Numbered from the whole stretch's first letter, positions 13,839 through 28,425 are shown. The stretch is 63,472 nt of DNA, filler included, from Octopus bimaculoides (GCF_001194135.2; 5 parts of 5 records of this genome joined end to end with filler, not necessarily neighbours in it); one strand, 5' to 3'. Made by a program: numbers and translations. Notes: a model not told the origin generated them from the letters alone.

Positions 13839-13874
13839 ATGCTTCAGTGCTAGCTTCTTCCTCAAATCTTAAAC
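13839..13874 (-). other. Candidate 36-nt symmetric microexon of an unknown host gene
   Basis: Acceptor ctgat...ttcttatatttag and donor cat|gtgagta. One open frame, (G)LRFEEEASTEA. No transcript evidence. Confidence 0.25.
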
Positions 13875-14689
13875 CTAAATATAAGAATCTAACATCAGTT
13901 TCGGAGCTTCAATATACTCAATAAATTCCATCCAGGAAGATTTAGTTGAAAACCGTCACTCATACCTCGTAGTCAGAGAATGTATCCATGCCAGTCATAT
14001 TAATTAATCTATTATTCTCATCCATTAGAATATTTCTTTTGAATCCAACCTGTTGTATACAAGATATTATGATAATAGATTTCAATGGGTCAATGTATGT
14101 ATTGTATAGAGAATGTTATTTCGATATAAAACAGAATCGTTTATCAAAAAAGTCTATTATGTAATCAGAGAGATTTTCGTAAATCCTTTTACAACTTATT
14201 CAATTCATCTCTTCATTAATTCATTCTATATTGTAAAGTTTAATTCATTGTTTTACACAACTAAACCACTAAAAGCCAATTATTTGTTATTTCTTACAGA
14301 GACTTATGGACAGATTCAAAACTGTGCCTCTTTGTTGTTATAATTATCTCATAAAAGGATATCGACATTATAAAAACTCAGACATTTTGAAGGAAGCGCA
14401 GTCTACTAAAATGTGTGGTAGATTTCTAACTTACACACTACATAATTTTCAAATAAACATTATTTATGAACGGTTGTAGTACAGTTCGGATTTATATGCA
14501 AATGAGTGTAATTCACCGGAGATGATATATTGTTCTTCGTGAAATATTCACTCACACAGATAATACTGATTTACATAATGTTCAAGGTGTATAAAATAAG
14601 TAATATATGTTTCGTAGAATATTTTAAACAGTTTTGTTAATTTTCATTGCTTGCTATCTTTATCTTTCACATTTTTATGTTTCACTCAT

Positions 14690-14823
14690 TTGATTGCGGC
14701 CATGTTGGAGCACGGCTTTGAAGAAAATCAGACGAACGAATCGGGCACATTAGTTATCTTTTTAAGCCTGACATTAATCTAACTGCTAACCACATCAATA
14801 CCGGCTGTCAAGCGGTTGAGAGA

Positions 14824-14826
<3 letters not shown>
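14690..14826 (-). mobile_element. SINE family B, decayed 3' half
   Basis: gcggccatgttggagcac and ctgtcaagcggttg...gacaaacac match the family B 3' region. Confidence 0.65.
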
Positions 14827-14891
<65 letters not shown>

Positions 14892-14999
14892 NNNNNNNNN
14901 NNNNNNNNNNNNNNNNNNNNNNNNNNNNNNNNNNNNNNNNNNNNNNNNNNNNNNNNNNNNNNNNNNNNNNNNNNNNNNNNNNNNNNNNNNNNNNNNNNN

Positions 15000-15054
<55 letters not shown>

Positions 15055-15114
15055 GCGTGTGACATGTATATCGTTGACATTTTGTATTTTTAATTTCGCG
15101 TGTGCACATTGTTT

Positions 15115-15980
15115 GCTTTTGAGTTTGTCGACTACACAGCTTAGTAGGGTCAGTTGGACACTGTGAGAAAAACAGTGATTCACAACGATCTCTCCAAGTC
15201 AATCAGGTCCATCACCAGGGACATGGGAGTGTGTGAGTTTCTTATCAGGCAGGTAATGCATGAAGACATTCGCTATTCCTCACACAAGATGAGTAAGGGC
15301 AATATTTATCCCAAGTCAGCAAGAACAAGAGGGAAGACCACATTCAATCACCCACTCCAAACAAAATATGATTTGATTTTTCGCACACGAGAAAAATTTC
15401 TACCAGAATCAAATGGTGAAGACACAGAACAACCGTCGGTTTGCTGTGTCCCCAAAACTTGTACCGTGAGTAATAAGAATCAAACATCCAATCAACATCA
15501 TGGTTTTTGGAGTGATCACTAGTAATGGCGACGTTATGCCACAATTCATCTTCCCACACAGCCTCAGACTCAACACGGAGGCCTACATCAAGTGCCTGCA
15601 GGAGGTAGTGCTACCCTGGGTCAAGACGGTGGCTACAGGACGACCCTATGTCTGGCAACAGGACTCTGCACCATGCCACACAAGCAGGAGAACCCAGTCA
15701 TGGCTGTCAGACAATATCTGCGACCACTTCACCCCTAACATCTGGCCACCTAACTCCCCAGACTTGCAACCTCCTTCACTATTATGTTTGGGTGCAGTTT
15801 TAGCGAGAGATGAACAAGACTCCTTGTAACACCAAAGGTGAACTGAAGGCAAGGATTATAGCAGCATTCACCGACTTAAACAAGGAAACAAACCAAAAGA
15901 GTTGCAGGAGATTCCGAAGTCGTCTTGGAGGCCGTGGCTGAAACCAATGGCGATTTTATTGAATAAATTTACTCTCTATT
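15115..15980 (+). mobile_element. Decayed DD37D (maT) Tc1/mariner transposon
   Basis: MVFGVITSNGDVMP...WQQDSAPCHTSRRTQSW...WPPNSPDL. 37 residues separate QD from the third acidic position, across a frameshift. Confidence 0.9.
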
Positions 15981-16578
15981 CATATCACTCCAGATTACAC
16001 GTGAGTAATTCCATGGAGGTATAATCTGGTTCTGCTTGGATATTTTGTGAAGGCTGCTTCGATTGAAGTATTTACTAGTTATTGAATTTGCACTGGTTTG
16101 ATTGCTTTACTGTGGAAAGATGTGTCCCGCTATTTAGATTTAACAGATCTTCAACTTTCCGTTATATAAGTAAGAGACAGGGAGCTAGATAGTTCCTTTC
16201 AGCCCTTGAACATCTGGTTTCAAGCAAAACAAAACTGATGGCTTTATCACGTACTTGGATGATAAAATTTGAATGAAACATAATAGATCTGTTTTGCCTG
16301 GTTGTAGTTTGTATCTGATGCAGCAAACATTAATTAACGCTTCTTAGCCGTACATTAGGATTGAATGCAGCTGCAGCATCATATTTAATAATGCAAAAGT
16401 GGTCTGAAATTCCAGACGGACGGAGAATGTTCTAACAATTATATCAAACATCCACCACATTCTAGTGAAGTGGCTGTCGCCTGTCAAGTCTTTCTTTTTT
16501 AGTTTGACCTTATTTCTTTTGTCTTTCTTTCCAACAATTGATAGCTATGTCTGGTGTTCATAAACTTTTCGTCTGCGT

Positions 16579-16633
<55 letters not shown>

Positions 16634-16986
16634 NNNNNNNNNNNNNNNNNNNNNNNNNNNNNNNNNNNNNNNNNNNNNNNNNNNNNNNNNNNNNNNNNNN
16701 NNNNNNNNNNNNNNNNNNNNNNNNNNNNNNNNNNNNNNNNNNNNNNNNNNNNNNNNNNNNNNNNNNNNNNNNNNNNNNNNNNNNNNNNNNNNNNNNNNNN
16801 NNNNNNNNNNNNNNNNNNNNNNNNNNNNNNNNNNNNNNNNNNNNNNNNNNNNNNNNNNNNNNNNNNNNNNNNNNNNNNNNNNNNNNNNNNNNNNNNNNNN
16901 NNNNNNNNNNNNNNNNNNNNNNNNNNNNNNNNNNNNNNNNNNNNNNNNNNNNNNNNNNNNNNNNNNNNNNNNNNNNNNNNNNNNNN

Positions 16987-17017
<31 letters not shown>

Positions 17018-17747
17018 CATATATATGTAAGTATATAGACAAATACATACACACACACAAACACACATATACACACACACGCGCGCACACATACACACAC
17101 ACACGCACACAAATAACTCAAAGACAAAATAATATATATACTAAATGTCAAGTAAAAAAAAATCTTTGTTTTTTAGCAAATATTTTCACCTGAAGAGAAA
17201 ATAAACAAATACTCAGCGACTGATTGTAACGGAGTTGGAAGGAGGAGGAGAGATAACCTGAAGGCTTAAACATTTCCTGAATTAACAATCCTTTTATAAC
17301 AAATACTTTTTCCTTGTTTTGGAAGATAGCTGTTAGTGATGTTTCTATCTAGAAGGGCGTCATCAGCACAGATAATTTATCTGGCTTACACATATAAATA
17401 CGTTTGGATATGAATATGCACGTATGTGTCTGTATGTGGAGGGACAGTGTGAGCAGAACCGCAGGAGTAAGACCCAATGCAGCGAAGATAAAGTAGAAAG
17501 GTTACTTTTCTGAGAATTTACTATATATTTTCATAGGCATTTACTTTGTGCCATATAATATTATTTCATTATTTTTTTCCCTGATAGTAGTCGTCAGTGC
17601 TTGAAAACAAGTATACTAATCCGATATCAGAAATCAAATATATATATTTAATCAATAGTTTATGACTACAAACACGATCACAATTCTGAATGTGATAGAA
17701 CTTTATTAGATAGCCGTCTAGCATTCTTAATAATGTCCTTTCATTTC

Positions 17748-17795
<48 letters not shown>

Positions 17796-17804
17796 TTTTT
17801 AAAA

Positions 17805-18018
17805 AATATTCAGACAAATACATAACAAAAACACCAGGACTTACAAATATATATAACATACAGAAAATTGCACTACTGGGTACTGCACACATTCTACGCA
17901 AAACACTTTCAATACAGTAAACATAAGAGCACCACAGCAAACCACAGCACATACCCAAGGCGCACAGAGCTGCGCTCTGTAGTGAAGTGAAAGCACGTTA
18001 TAAAAATAAAACTACTGA
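17805..18018 (+). mobile_element. R4/Dong-clade LINE 3' end within (AAT)n
   Basis: KYITKTPGLTNIYNIQKIALLGTAHILRKTLSIQ* plus 3' UTR, with (AAT)n on both sides. Confidence 0.85.
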
Positions 18019-18199
18019 ATAATAATAATAATAATAATAATAGCAACAATAATACTACCTAATAATAATAATGATAATAATAACAACAACGATGATGATG
18101 ATGACGATTATGATGATAATGATGATGATGATGATGATGATGATGACGACGATGATGATCGTTTATCTTTCATCTTTTGTCTTGTATCTGTTCCAATCA

Positions 18200-20790
18200 T
18201 TGCAGGCTAAAGCGATAGAGATCAAGAAATATGACCAAAGAATCGAATAATGTAAAATCAACAGATTCTACAAAGAAGACGAGAAAAGGGTTCGTCAACG
18301 CTGAATGGAAAGGTTAGCAGCAGTGAGAGACCTGACGCTGAAGAAAGTAAAAGGCTTTAGAGTAGCATCTGGTATAATGGAAGAAAGCGTAACAAGAGAC
18401 GCTAAATGGTTGAAGGAATTAAGGTCGGAAAAATATGAAATGAAACAAAGCAATATTGGAATAACGATTGGAATGGTAACCGAACAGACAACAAAGATCC
18501 CGAGCTGAAAATGCCCAGGACTGGATGGGATAGAAGGATATTAGCTGAAATATTTCTCAGCACTACACAGAAGAATAGACACACAAATGGATAAAATGTT
18601 CAACAACAGTGTGCAAAACCCAAAGTGACTGACCACAGTTAAAAAAATTATTTGCCAAAAGGATCCCAGCAAAAGTAATGCAGTGGATAATTACCAGCAT
18701 ATCACCTGTCTGCCTCTGATGTGGAAGCTGATGACAGGAATAATATCTAATTATGTGTATAACTTCCTAGAAATGAATGACAACCTGCTAGTGAAACAGA
18801 AAGGGTGCAGAAGGAAAAGCCGAGGAATCAAAGACCAACTTCCGATAGACAGAATGGTACTGAACGACTACAAGAAAAGATTTACTAATCTGGGCATGGC
18901 ATGGATCGATTATAAGAAATCGTATGACATGGTCCCCCATTCCTGGATTTTAGAAAGTCTTGAGCTGATACAGGTGTCTGATAATATGAAATTTTATTAG
19001 AAGACCAATGAAAAACTGCAATACAGAGTTAACTTCATATGGAAAATGTTTGGCAACGGTTAACATCAAGAGATGCGTATTTCAAGGAAATAGCCTATCG
19101 TCGTTGCAGTTTGTGATTTGTATGATAGCACTCACACAGATACTACGGAAAGTGACATGGGGGTACGCTTTGAAAAATGGAGGAAAATTAAACCATCTGT
19201 TATATATGTATGATTTAAAGCTCCTTGGAAAGACGGAACGTGAAATAAATGGCCTAGTTTCAACAGTGCAGATATTCAGTAAGGACATCGAAATGGAATT
19301 TGGGAATAAAAAGTTTGGTATGTTTATAATACAATGAGGCAAAGTAGTGTCGTCTGATGGTGTAGAGCTACCCAACGGCGAGAAAATCAAGGATATTGAG
19401 ACTAATGGATAAATGTACCTGGGAATTTTAGAATACGACAAAATCAAGGAAAGTGAAACGTAAGAAAGCTTTTGGAGAGAATATCTCAGAAGTGCCAAGC
19501 TAATTATAGGAAGTAGATTCAATGGAAAAACAAAATCAGTGCAGTTAACACATGGGCGGTTTCCTTAATGCGATACAGCGCGGATGTTGTTAGGTGGACA
19601 AAGAACGAGCTCGAGGAAATGGAAAGGAAGACTAGAAAAATTATGACAATTAACAAGGGACTTCACCCCAAAACTGATACTGGCAGAGGGTATGTGTCTA
19701 GAAATAGGGGAGGAAGAGGTCTCATAGGATGCAAAATCTGTGTTGTTAACGAGAAGAACAGTCAGGGATGGTACATCAAACAACAGAGTAAATCTTTGCT
19801 TGCCGATGTTAGAATTATCAATATAATACCTACCGAAAATGTAATGCACCCACAACCATTTAAGAAACAAGATGAAGAAGAAAGAGTAAACAACAGGTTA
19901 ATGAAACTGCTGCATGGGCATGGCTCAAAGAAATCGAAGGAAAACACAAGATCAACACTTGAAGACGGCTAAGAAAAGTGATCTGAAAGGATGCACTGAG
20001 GCATTGATATGCAGCTTCCAGTAACAAGCTCTGAGGATTAATTACTAAGTTCCAAATAGATAAGAGTAGCGAATAGCCCCTTTGTAGGATGTGTGGCAGC
20101 AGAAAAAAGAAAAAAACAATCTCACATATTGCGAGTGAGTGTAGGAAGCTGGCCCAAAAGCACTGCAAAAGGCGGCACGATAACGTGGCTAAGAACGCCC
20201 ACTGGTGGCTATATGAAAAGTACGGCCTGAACAGAGCACGGAAATGGTACAAACATGAAGCAGAAGGAGTCACCGAGAACAAGGAACCTAAGATACAGTG
20301 GGATTTTACAATCCAATGTGACCCCCTAATAGAGACCAGATATTTTTGTGGTAGATAAAGGGGAAAAGAAAACGATCATAGATATTGCAATACCTGGAGA
20401 TGCATGTATAAGTGACAAAGAACTAGAAAAGATTGAAAAGTGCAGACTACTAAAAGACGAAATTGCAAGAACGTAGACTATGAGGTGTGTCTGTCATTCC
20501 AGTAGTTGTAGCGGCACTTTGGGAACTAAAAACCAAATTCGAGAAATATGTCAAAGAAATCGGAATTGACATGAGAGCAGAGCAAGCCCAAAATACTGCT
20601 CTGCTGGGGAGAGTTAGAATTTTGAGACTGGTATTTGAATGTTGAATCTCTTCCACGATAATTAACAACCAAGTATCAAAGCTTTTAATGCGCGGAAAGA
20701 GACCCAGTGAGACCTCTGGCAACAGGCTGATGTCCGCTGTCAAGGAATCTACCAGAATAAACAAGACCGAACGTTCTGAGAAGTAAAGAC
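18200..20790 (+). mobile_element. Decayed R4/Dong-clade (RLE) non-LTR retrotransposon, 5'-truncated
   Basis: RT motifs ([46 protein letters not shown]), GGRGL, CCHC knuckle (CRMC...HIASEC) and RLE motif PDIFVVDK...IIDIAIPGD...EK. Many stops and frameshifts. (AAT)n tail. Confidence 0.92.
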
Positions 20791-20842
20791 AATAACAATG
20801 ATAATGATAATAATAATAACAACATCAACAACAATAATAATG

Positions 20843-20905
<63 letters not shown>
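20790..20905 (+). repeat. (AAT)n tail/target of the R4/Dong element
   Basis: Directly follows the 3' UTR. Confidence 0.9.
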
Positions 20906-20908
<3 letters not shown>

Positions 20909-21389
20909 CAGACGAAAAGGAAATAGACAGATACCTTTATGAAGGACACGCATGAATCTGAAATTAACACCGTTTCTCATATTCAAAGGAGACTATAGGA
21001 TATAATAGATATTATTAACAAACATAAATATTGAAAATGGTTTACAAAATTTGCTTTCTATTATCTAATTCAGACACCATCTTTCATATCAGCGTATAAC
21101 AGAAAATCTCATAAATAATGTTAGAAAGTTTTTGCTAGAAAGGCTTCTTTGTCGTTGTAGCTGTATATAACATTTGAATAATTGATCCCACTTGACATTT
21201 AGATTTGACATTTATGTGAATGTATACGTGTGAAGTGATGTGTCTTACACAAACAATTGTGTAAACAAGAAGGATAATAGAAAGTACTCAATAGAAAATA
21301 TATATAGTTTTTTGTTATATTTGTTGGGAGCTGAAAATATCATTAACTGTTACTCCAAGTTTTACGAATCCGATTTTCTGTGATTACAG

Positions 21390-21655
21390 AAATGTCCGAC
21401 AGGGTTGGTATATATAACCTTACAAAGGAAGAATATATGAAGCTGGATATGAAGGAGATGCACAAAACATGAAAAAGAAACTGTTATAGGGAAAATACGC
21501 AAATACTTTTTTTTCTAAATTATACTATAAATTTTGGAATATGGGTCAAGAAATATCCGACGCGTTTGGTATATTACATAGGAACTGTATATGAAGTTGG
21601 ATAAAGGAGATGCACAAAACACGAAAAAGAAATTGTTGGGGGAAAATACGCAAAA
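21390..21655 (+). repeat. Diverged direct duplication (period about 160 bp)
   Basis: gaaggagatgcacaaaaca(t/c)gaaaaagaaa...ggggaaaatacgcaaa occurs twice. Confidence 0.75.
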
Positions 21656-21914
21656 TGCACAGGATACTCAAAATACACAGGATATTTGGGAATACGCGTC
21701 AAGGATTATGAATGGCTGGGTGAATATAAGACGCGAGTGTTTTAAAAGTGTGTAAGTATATAAACTAATCGTGGTGTATAATGAATGGATGTTATATAGG
21801 AAACTATAGTAAAAAAACAGTTTTATGACAAAAGTATATCAACGAAAAAGAAATGTAGCGCTGGGATTATATGAACAAATTAAAAGACACATATATCTGA
21901 ATACATGCAAGTAT

Positions 21915-21948
<34 letters not shown>

Positions 21949-22464
21949 CTTTGTGTATGTGGGAAGGACATTTTTGTATAAATATGTGAATCTATACATA
22001 TATAAAATTGTGAGTGTATACGCGTATATAAGTGCGTGTGTATAAAGACACGTCTATGTACACATGTGTGTGTATATACACATACATGACAGAAATAAAT
22101 AGATACCCTTATAATCATTAAAATCTATTGAAATCTGAAATTATACATTCCAATCATATATTAATTGTTATAATGTGAATATTTAATATTTAGTAGACAT
22201 GCCCTTTGCATTTTTCAATGCAAGGACCTTATTAGGCATGTTACTGATATGATGATGAATTTTCTCTTACGGAATTTCATGCCAAGTTTCATACAGTAAT
22301 CTTTAAATATCTGGCTTTAAGATGCTTTCTTGTTCTTTTTATGAAATACCCTGGCTATTATGTTTTAGAGGTGTTCAATAGAGTTTGTATCTGGTGAATG
22401 GCTTGGCTATGGAAGCTTTTTAATGCCATTCCCGTCCAACAGATCTTGGGTCAGTTTAGCAGAG

Positions 22465-23257
22465 TTTGATTTTGATTTTGTCATCTACACAGTATAGTCA
22501 GGTCAATTTGGGCACCATGACACAATTTACTCTGCTAGAAATTTAGAAATGACATGACATGCTGTACTGCTTGGCATTTGCGCCCGAACCTCCAATACGA
22601 ACATTACAGAGTGTTTGGGTGTCAATCTGAGGACAGTGCCATCTGAGGACATGTACCGAAAGTGATAAAAATTAAACATGCAGTGAACATCATGATGTTT
22701 GGAGTGATCACTAGTGATGGTGATGTTATGCCTCCATTCATCTTCCCACATGGCCTCAGACTCAACAAGGAGGAGGTAGTGTTGCCGTGGGTGAAGTGCG
22801 TGGCTGCTGGAAGACCCTATATCTGGTAAGAGGACTCCGCACCGTGCCACACAAGCAGGAGAACTCATTCATGGCTGTCAGAAAATTTCAGCGATCACAT
22901 TACCCCTAACATCTGGTCACCTAACTCCCCAAACTGTATCCCCATTAATTATTATATCAGGAGCACAGTTGAGCGGGAGACCAACAAAACTCCTTCTAAC
23001 ACCAAAGATGAACTGAAGGCAAAGATTATGGCCACATTCACCAACTTACACAAGGAGACCGTCCAGAAACATTGCAGGAGGTTCCGATGTCGTCTGGAGG
23101 CCGTGGTTGAAGCCGATGGCGATTTTATTGAATAAATTTACTCTCTAGTACTTCAAGATATTTTTGTGTAATTTTGGCAAATATATCAGTTAAAATAAGA
23201 AGTCACTGTTATTTTTATTTCTGCGTCATTAAACGACAATTTATTCACCGCACCTTG
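22465..23257 (+). mobile_element. Second DD37D (maT) copy, internally deleted, probable right TIR
   Basis: Aligns with 15500-15980. Ends caatttattcaccgcaccttg followed by TA. Confidence 0.85.
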
Positions 23258-23834
23258 TATATATCTCTTTCTGAAAATGCAATTACTTTCTTGAATCCAC
23301 CGTGGTTTTAAACCCTTCCAGGTGTTGTCTTGTATATGAATAGATTGAATGTCAGTTTGTATTTCCTTTTTACTCTCGAGAACGATGTTATTTACGTTGT
23401 TTCCCAATCAATGGCGCTAGGTTGAAAATAGTTTTGACTGTTCATGCCAAACTGTAATTATTCACCAGGTGGTGTTTCTATTTCAATTTACTAACAATAA
23501 CATTTCATGACCACTGCCCGAAGAAATATCTTCTACGTGGTCGTTAGATATGCCTGAAATAGCAAGGAAATCTCCTTAAAATTGCACTACTATCATCTTC
23601 ACGAAGGGAAAACGTCTTAAAAGACTCTCAATGTTCTTATGATTTTGATTTTAGAACTTATTTCATCAGGTTTGATATGGGTATAGGACAACAACGATCA
23701 ATTCCATGACCAATTTCCACATCTCATCATGTATGATACACACACACATGCACACACATACATACAAATATAGATCTATATATATATATATATTTGTTTG
23801 TGTGTGTGTGTATTTATAAATATTTATATGTATA

Positions 23835-23884
<50 letters not shown>

Positions 23885-24029
23885 TACACACACACACACA
23901 CACACGCACACACACACACACACACATATNNNNNNNNNNNNNNNNNNNNNNNNNNNNNNNNNNNNNNNNNNNNTTAATTAATTAANNNNNNNNNNNNNNN
24001 NNNNNNNNNNNNNNNNNNNNNNNNNNNNN

Positions 24030-24069
<40 letters not shown>

Positions 24070-24656
24070 CATATATATATACATACATATATATATACAT
24101 ACATACATACATACATATATATATATATAACATATATATATATATATATAATATATACGTATATATATGAATATATACATATATATATGTATATATATGA
24201 ATATATATACACACATAATATATAAATATATATATACAGACACACTTAAATGCATACATATATACATACATACAGACAGACACACCTAAATGCATACATA
24301 CATACACGCACATATAAATTATTAAGGTGTCTATTTGCAAATTATAACCAAAAGGCTCAGATACAACCGTCATTGAAGTGTGCAAGTCAGCACCAGCAAT
24401 GCTAGAAATAAGAGTCAAAGCAACTCTTAACCGCAAAAATATAAAGCAATATCTTAAAACATGTCGCACTAAGAATATTCTACAATACCTAACACATAGC
24501 ATATCGTGATTCTCCCCTAAATTGTCAATTAAGTCCAAAAATTCCTAATATGGTAATAATCTCTTGCATAAATTACATCAAGAATTCATTAATGTGTCGG
24601 TGGCGTTTTGGAAACTTATCTCCATTTAACTTATCTAAACTTATTTTCATTAAGAA

Positions 24657-24710
24657 AGGCGTTGCTCCAGCATGGCCCCAGTCAAATGACTGAAACAAGC
24701 AAAAGGAGGA
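24657..24710 (+). mobile_element. SINE family B 3' end
   Basis: gctccagcatggccccagtcaaatgactgaaacaag. Confidence 0.75.
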
Positions 24711-24865
24711 AACAAGAGTCCTTAACTGATGCAACCAGTTATTGAGGTCCCACTGAAGACGCTCTCCTCGTCAGCCGTCGCCATTGGTCTCTGTTCGCTA
24801 TCATGCGTAGCAAGTTCGCTGTATTGTGGCCAGTCCAGTTATTTATATTGTTAAATCAATATTTT

Positions 24866-25306
24866 TTTCTTATTTGTTTATTGCCCACAAGAGGCTACAC
24901 ATAGAGGGGACAAACAAGGACAGACAAAGAGATTACATCGACCCCAGTGCGTAACTGGTACTTAATTTATCGACCCCGAAAGGATGAACGGCAAAGTCGA
25001 CCACGGCGGAATTTGAACTCAGAACGTAACGGCAGACGAAATACCGCTAAGCATTTCGCCCAGCGTGCTAACGTTTCTTATTTCTTTATTGCACACAAGG
25101 GGCTACACACAGAGGGGACAAGCAAGGACAGACAAAGGGATTGAGTCGATTACATCGATTCCAGTACGTAATTGGTACTTAATTTATCGACCCCGAAAGG
25201 ATGAAAAGCAAAGTCGACCTCGGCGGAATTTGAACTCAGAACGTAGCAGCAGACAAAATACCGCTAGGCGTTTTGCCCGTCGTATTAACGATTCTGCCAG
25301 CTCACC
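24866..25306 (-). mobile_element. SINE family A concatemer (two units)
   Basis: A full unit is fused to a headless unit through a shared AGAAA (plus strand tttct, 25074-25078). Confidence 0.9.
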
Positions 25307-27801
25307 TATTGTTAAACCAATATTTTTTTTCTGCCTCTCTTTCGCCCTCCTTCAACTGGGGTGTTCGGATGGAGATAATGCCTTAGTTTCCGGTAACAGC
25401 ATTCTTAAATATGGACGGGTACACTGGTTCCCACCTGACTCTCAGTGTTGGCTCCGAGATCATTCTCAACCACACCCTGGTAACTGCTGTTGCTGCTGGT
25501 AGGCTAAACTGACTGAAGGCTTGGAGAGGAGATGTGCCCTGCCAAGCATTTCAAAAGCCCACTGAAATGCCATAACAGACAAAAAGACTCTAAACTTATA
25601 CTACTGTATTTAAAAACAACGGTACATTGTTAATTGAGGGCTCAGATGCACATAGTCAAGAACAAAAAAAATTATGCAGCGTATTGAAGCATCTCTGGTC
25701 ATATGTTGACTCAATTTTAACCTAAGTTTAAACTAGCGATTGCTTTGAAGATGCATTTCGTAGGTAAAGGAAAGCGTGTCTCTCTCCTGATGAGTGGTCA
25801 ACGAACTATGAAACATATCCAGGCAATTGCATTATTTTTCTATGTGCGAAGAGAATAACAATGTGTGTTTACCACTGTTTGCTTTCCTCGGCCTATTCTA
25901 ACTACAAACTGTATTCTAACTACATTAAGTCTTACTAATACAGCCGTTTGTGCAGAAGAATATAATATTGCTGATTATAGATGATATAAAAATTAATCCT
26001 ATCATTATAGTTAAGTGCTTGCTTGTGACTGATTTATATAGCAATTACATTGATGTTCTATCGATTAGGAGAAGGGTGAAGATGATTGACCTCTCAAAAG
26101 TAGACAACCGTCCATCAACAAAATAACAAGATGTATTTACATTTCTTTAAATTCTGCAGCATAAGGGTTATAAACTGTAGTCTAATGATGTCAGATTAAA
26201 CAAAACAAAGATTTTCTAAACAAACACAGTATATACCACATACACACACACACACACACACNNNNNNNNNNNNNNNNNNNNNNNNNNNNNNNNNNNNNNN
26301 NNNNNNNNNNNNNNNNNNNNNNNNNNNNNNNNNNNNNNNNNNNNNNNNNNNNNNNNNNNNNNNNNNNNNNNNNNNNNNNNNNNNNNNNNNNNNNNNNNNN
26401 NNNNNNNNNNNNNNNNNNNNNNNNNNNNNNNNNNNNNNNNNNNNNNNNNNNNNNNNNNNNNNNNNNNNNNNNNNNNNNNNNNNNNNNNNNNNNNNNNNNN
26501 NNNNNNNNNNNNNNNNNNNNNNNNNNNNNNNNNNNNNNNNNNNNNNNNNNNNNNNNNNNNNNNNNNNNNNNNNNNNNNNNNNNNNNNNNNNNNNNNNNNN
26601 NNNNNNNNNNNNNNNNNNNNNNNNNNNNNNNNNNNNNNNNNNNNNNNNNNNNNNNNNNNNNNNNNNNNNNNNNNNNNNNNNNNNNNNNNNNNNNNNNNNN
26701 NNNNNNNNNNNNNNNNNNNNNNNNNNNNNNNNNNNNNNNNNNNNNNNNNNNNNNNNNNNNNNNNNNNNNNNNNNNNNNNNNNNNNNNNNNNNNNNNNNNN
26801 NNNNNNNNNNNNNNNNNNNNNNNNNNNNNNNNNNNNNNNNNNNNNNNNNNNNNNNNNNNNNNNNNNNNNNNNNNNNNNNNNNNNNNNNNNNNNNNNNNNN
26901 NNNNNNNNNNNNNNNNNNNNNNNNNNNNNNNNNNNNNNNNNNNNNNNNNNNNNNNNNNNNNNNNNNNNNNNNNNNNNNNNNNNNNNNNNNNNNNNNNNNN
27001 NNNNNNNNNNNNNNNNNNNNNNNNNNNTATATATATCGTTGCTATTATGCAAAAGTGTCGTAAGTTCAAGACGTTGCTTTTTCAGAAAACGAAGGAAGTT
27101 TCACCATTCCTGGCATCTGAAGCAGCTGGAGATACGATAGTTTGACCAACAGAACCGGCTATTGCAAGTAAAAATATATATTGAAAAAAGAATGTATTTG
27201 GCCAAGTTTGGACATACGACAGTTTAACATAATAGCAACGATATATATATATATATATATATATATATCATACATGCCTAAATATTTTTTATAGAAGTTG
27301 TTTGTGCAACTGTGTAAAAGATTAGTACCGAATTAGTACTCGGTCTGATCAACTTCTCTAACTCCAACAAAGCAAAAGTTGGCAACCCAAAATGCAGAGC
27401 TGGACCGAGTAATAATGTTAAAAGATGGACAAATAATTAATGCTATAATAAATATACATATTACAGGTTGAAGGTAGATCCTTACGGCTGTTTCAAACAT
27501 GCTGTGAATGGTTGGTTCATGAACGCATATTATGCAAACAGGAGTAAATAATAAGGAAATATTATGCGCAGCAAATAAGCAAAAATTGTAATCAGTTCGA
27601 TTGAAGTTTGATATGTAGGTAACTTCAAGCGAGAATTGTCAAACATTTTCCAAAGAATGATGGATGACAAATGCAGTAAGCTAGCTAAATGTGATAAATT
27701 TTCATTATAAACAGAGCATCAATGAAATCATGAGACAATTATGATTGGAAAGGTAGCTACAATGGAAGGGATAGAATGAGTGTGAAGTCAAGAGGTGGTG
27801 G

Positions 27802-27836
<35 letters not shown>

Positions 27837-28425
27837 NNNNNNNNNNNNNNNNNNNNNNNNNNNNNNNNNNNNNNNNNNNNNNNNNNNNNNNNNNNNNNNN
27901 NNNNNNNNNNNNNNNNNNNNNNNNNNNNNNNNNNNNNNNNNNNNNNNNNNNNNNNNNNNNNNNNNNNNNNNNNNNNNNNNNNNNNNNNNNNNNNNNNNNN
28001 NNNNNNNNNNNNNNNNNNNNNNNNNNNNNNNNNNNNNNNNNNNNNNNNNNNNNNNNNNNNNNNNNNNNNNNNNNNNNNNNNNNNNNNNNNNNNNNNNNNN
28101 NNNNNNNNNNNNNNNNNNNNNNNNNNNNNNNNNNNNNNNNNNNNNNNNNNNNNNNNNNNNNNNNNNNNNNNNNNNNNNNNNNNNNNNNNNNNNNNNNNNN
28201 NNNNNNNNNNNNNNNNNNNNNNNNNNNNNNNNNNNNNNNNNNNNNNNNNNNNNNNNNNNNNNNNNNNNNNNNNNNNNNNNNNNNNNNNNNNNNNNNNNNN
28301 NNNNNNNNNNNNNNNNNNNNNNNNNNNNNNNNNNNNNNNNNNNNNNNNNNNNNNNNNNNNNNNNNNNNNNNNNNNNNNNNNNNNNNNNNNNNNNNNNNNN
28401 NNNNNNNNNNNNNNNNNNNNNNNNN

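Noticed and set aside
16250-16480. Minus-strand ISDHF motif suggesting an APE endonuclease
   Set aside because: A single short motif among stops, with no other LINE domain nearby.
23974-23985. TTAATTAATTAA embedded in N-runs (also 51263-51274, 55623-55634, 59043-59054)
   Set aside because: An identical 12-mer centred in gaps is a scaffolding linker, not biology.
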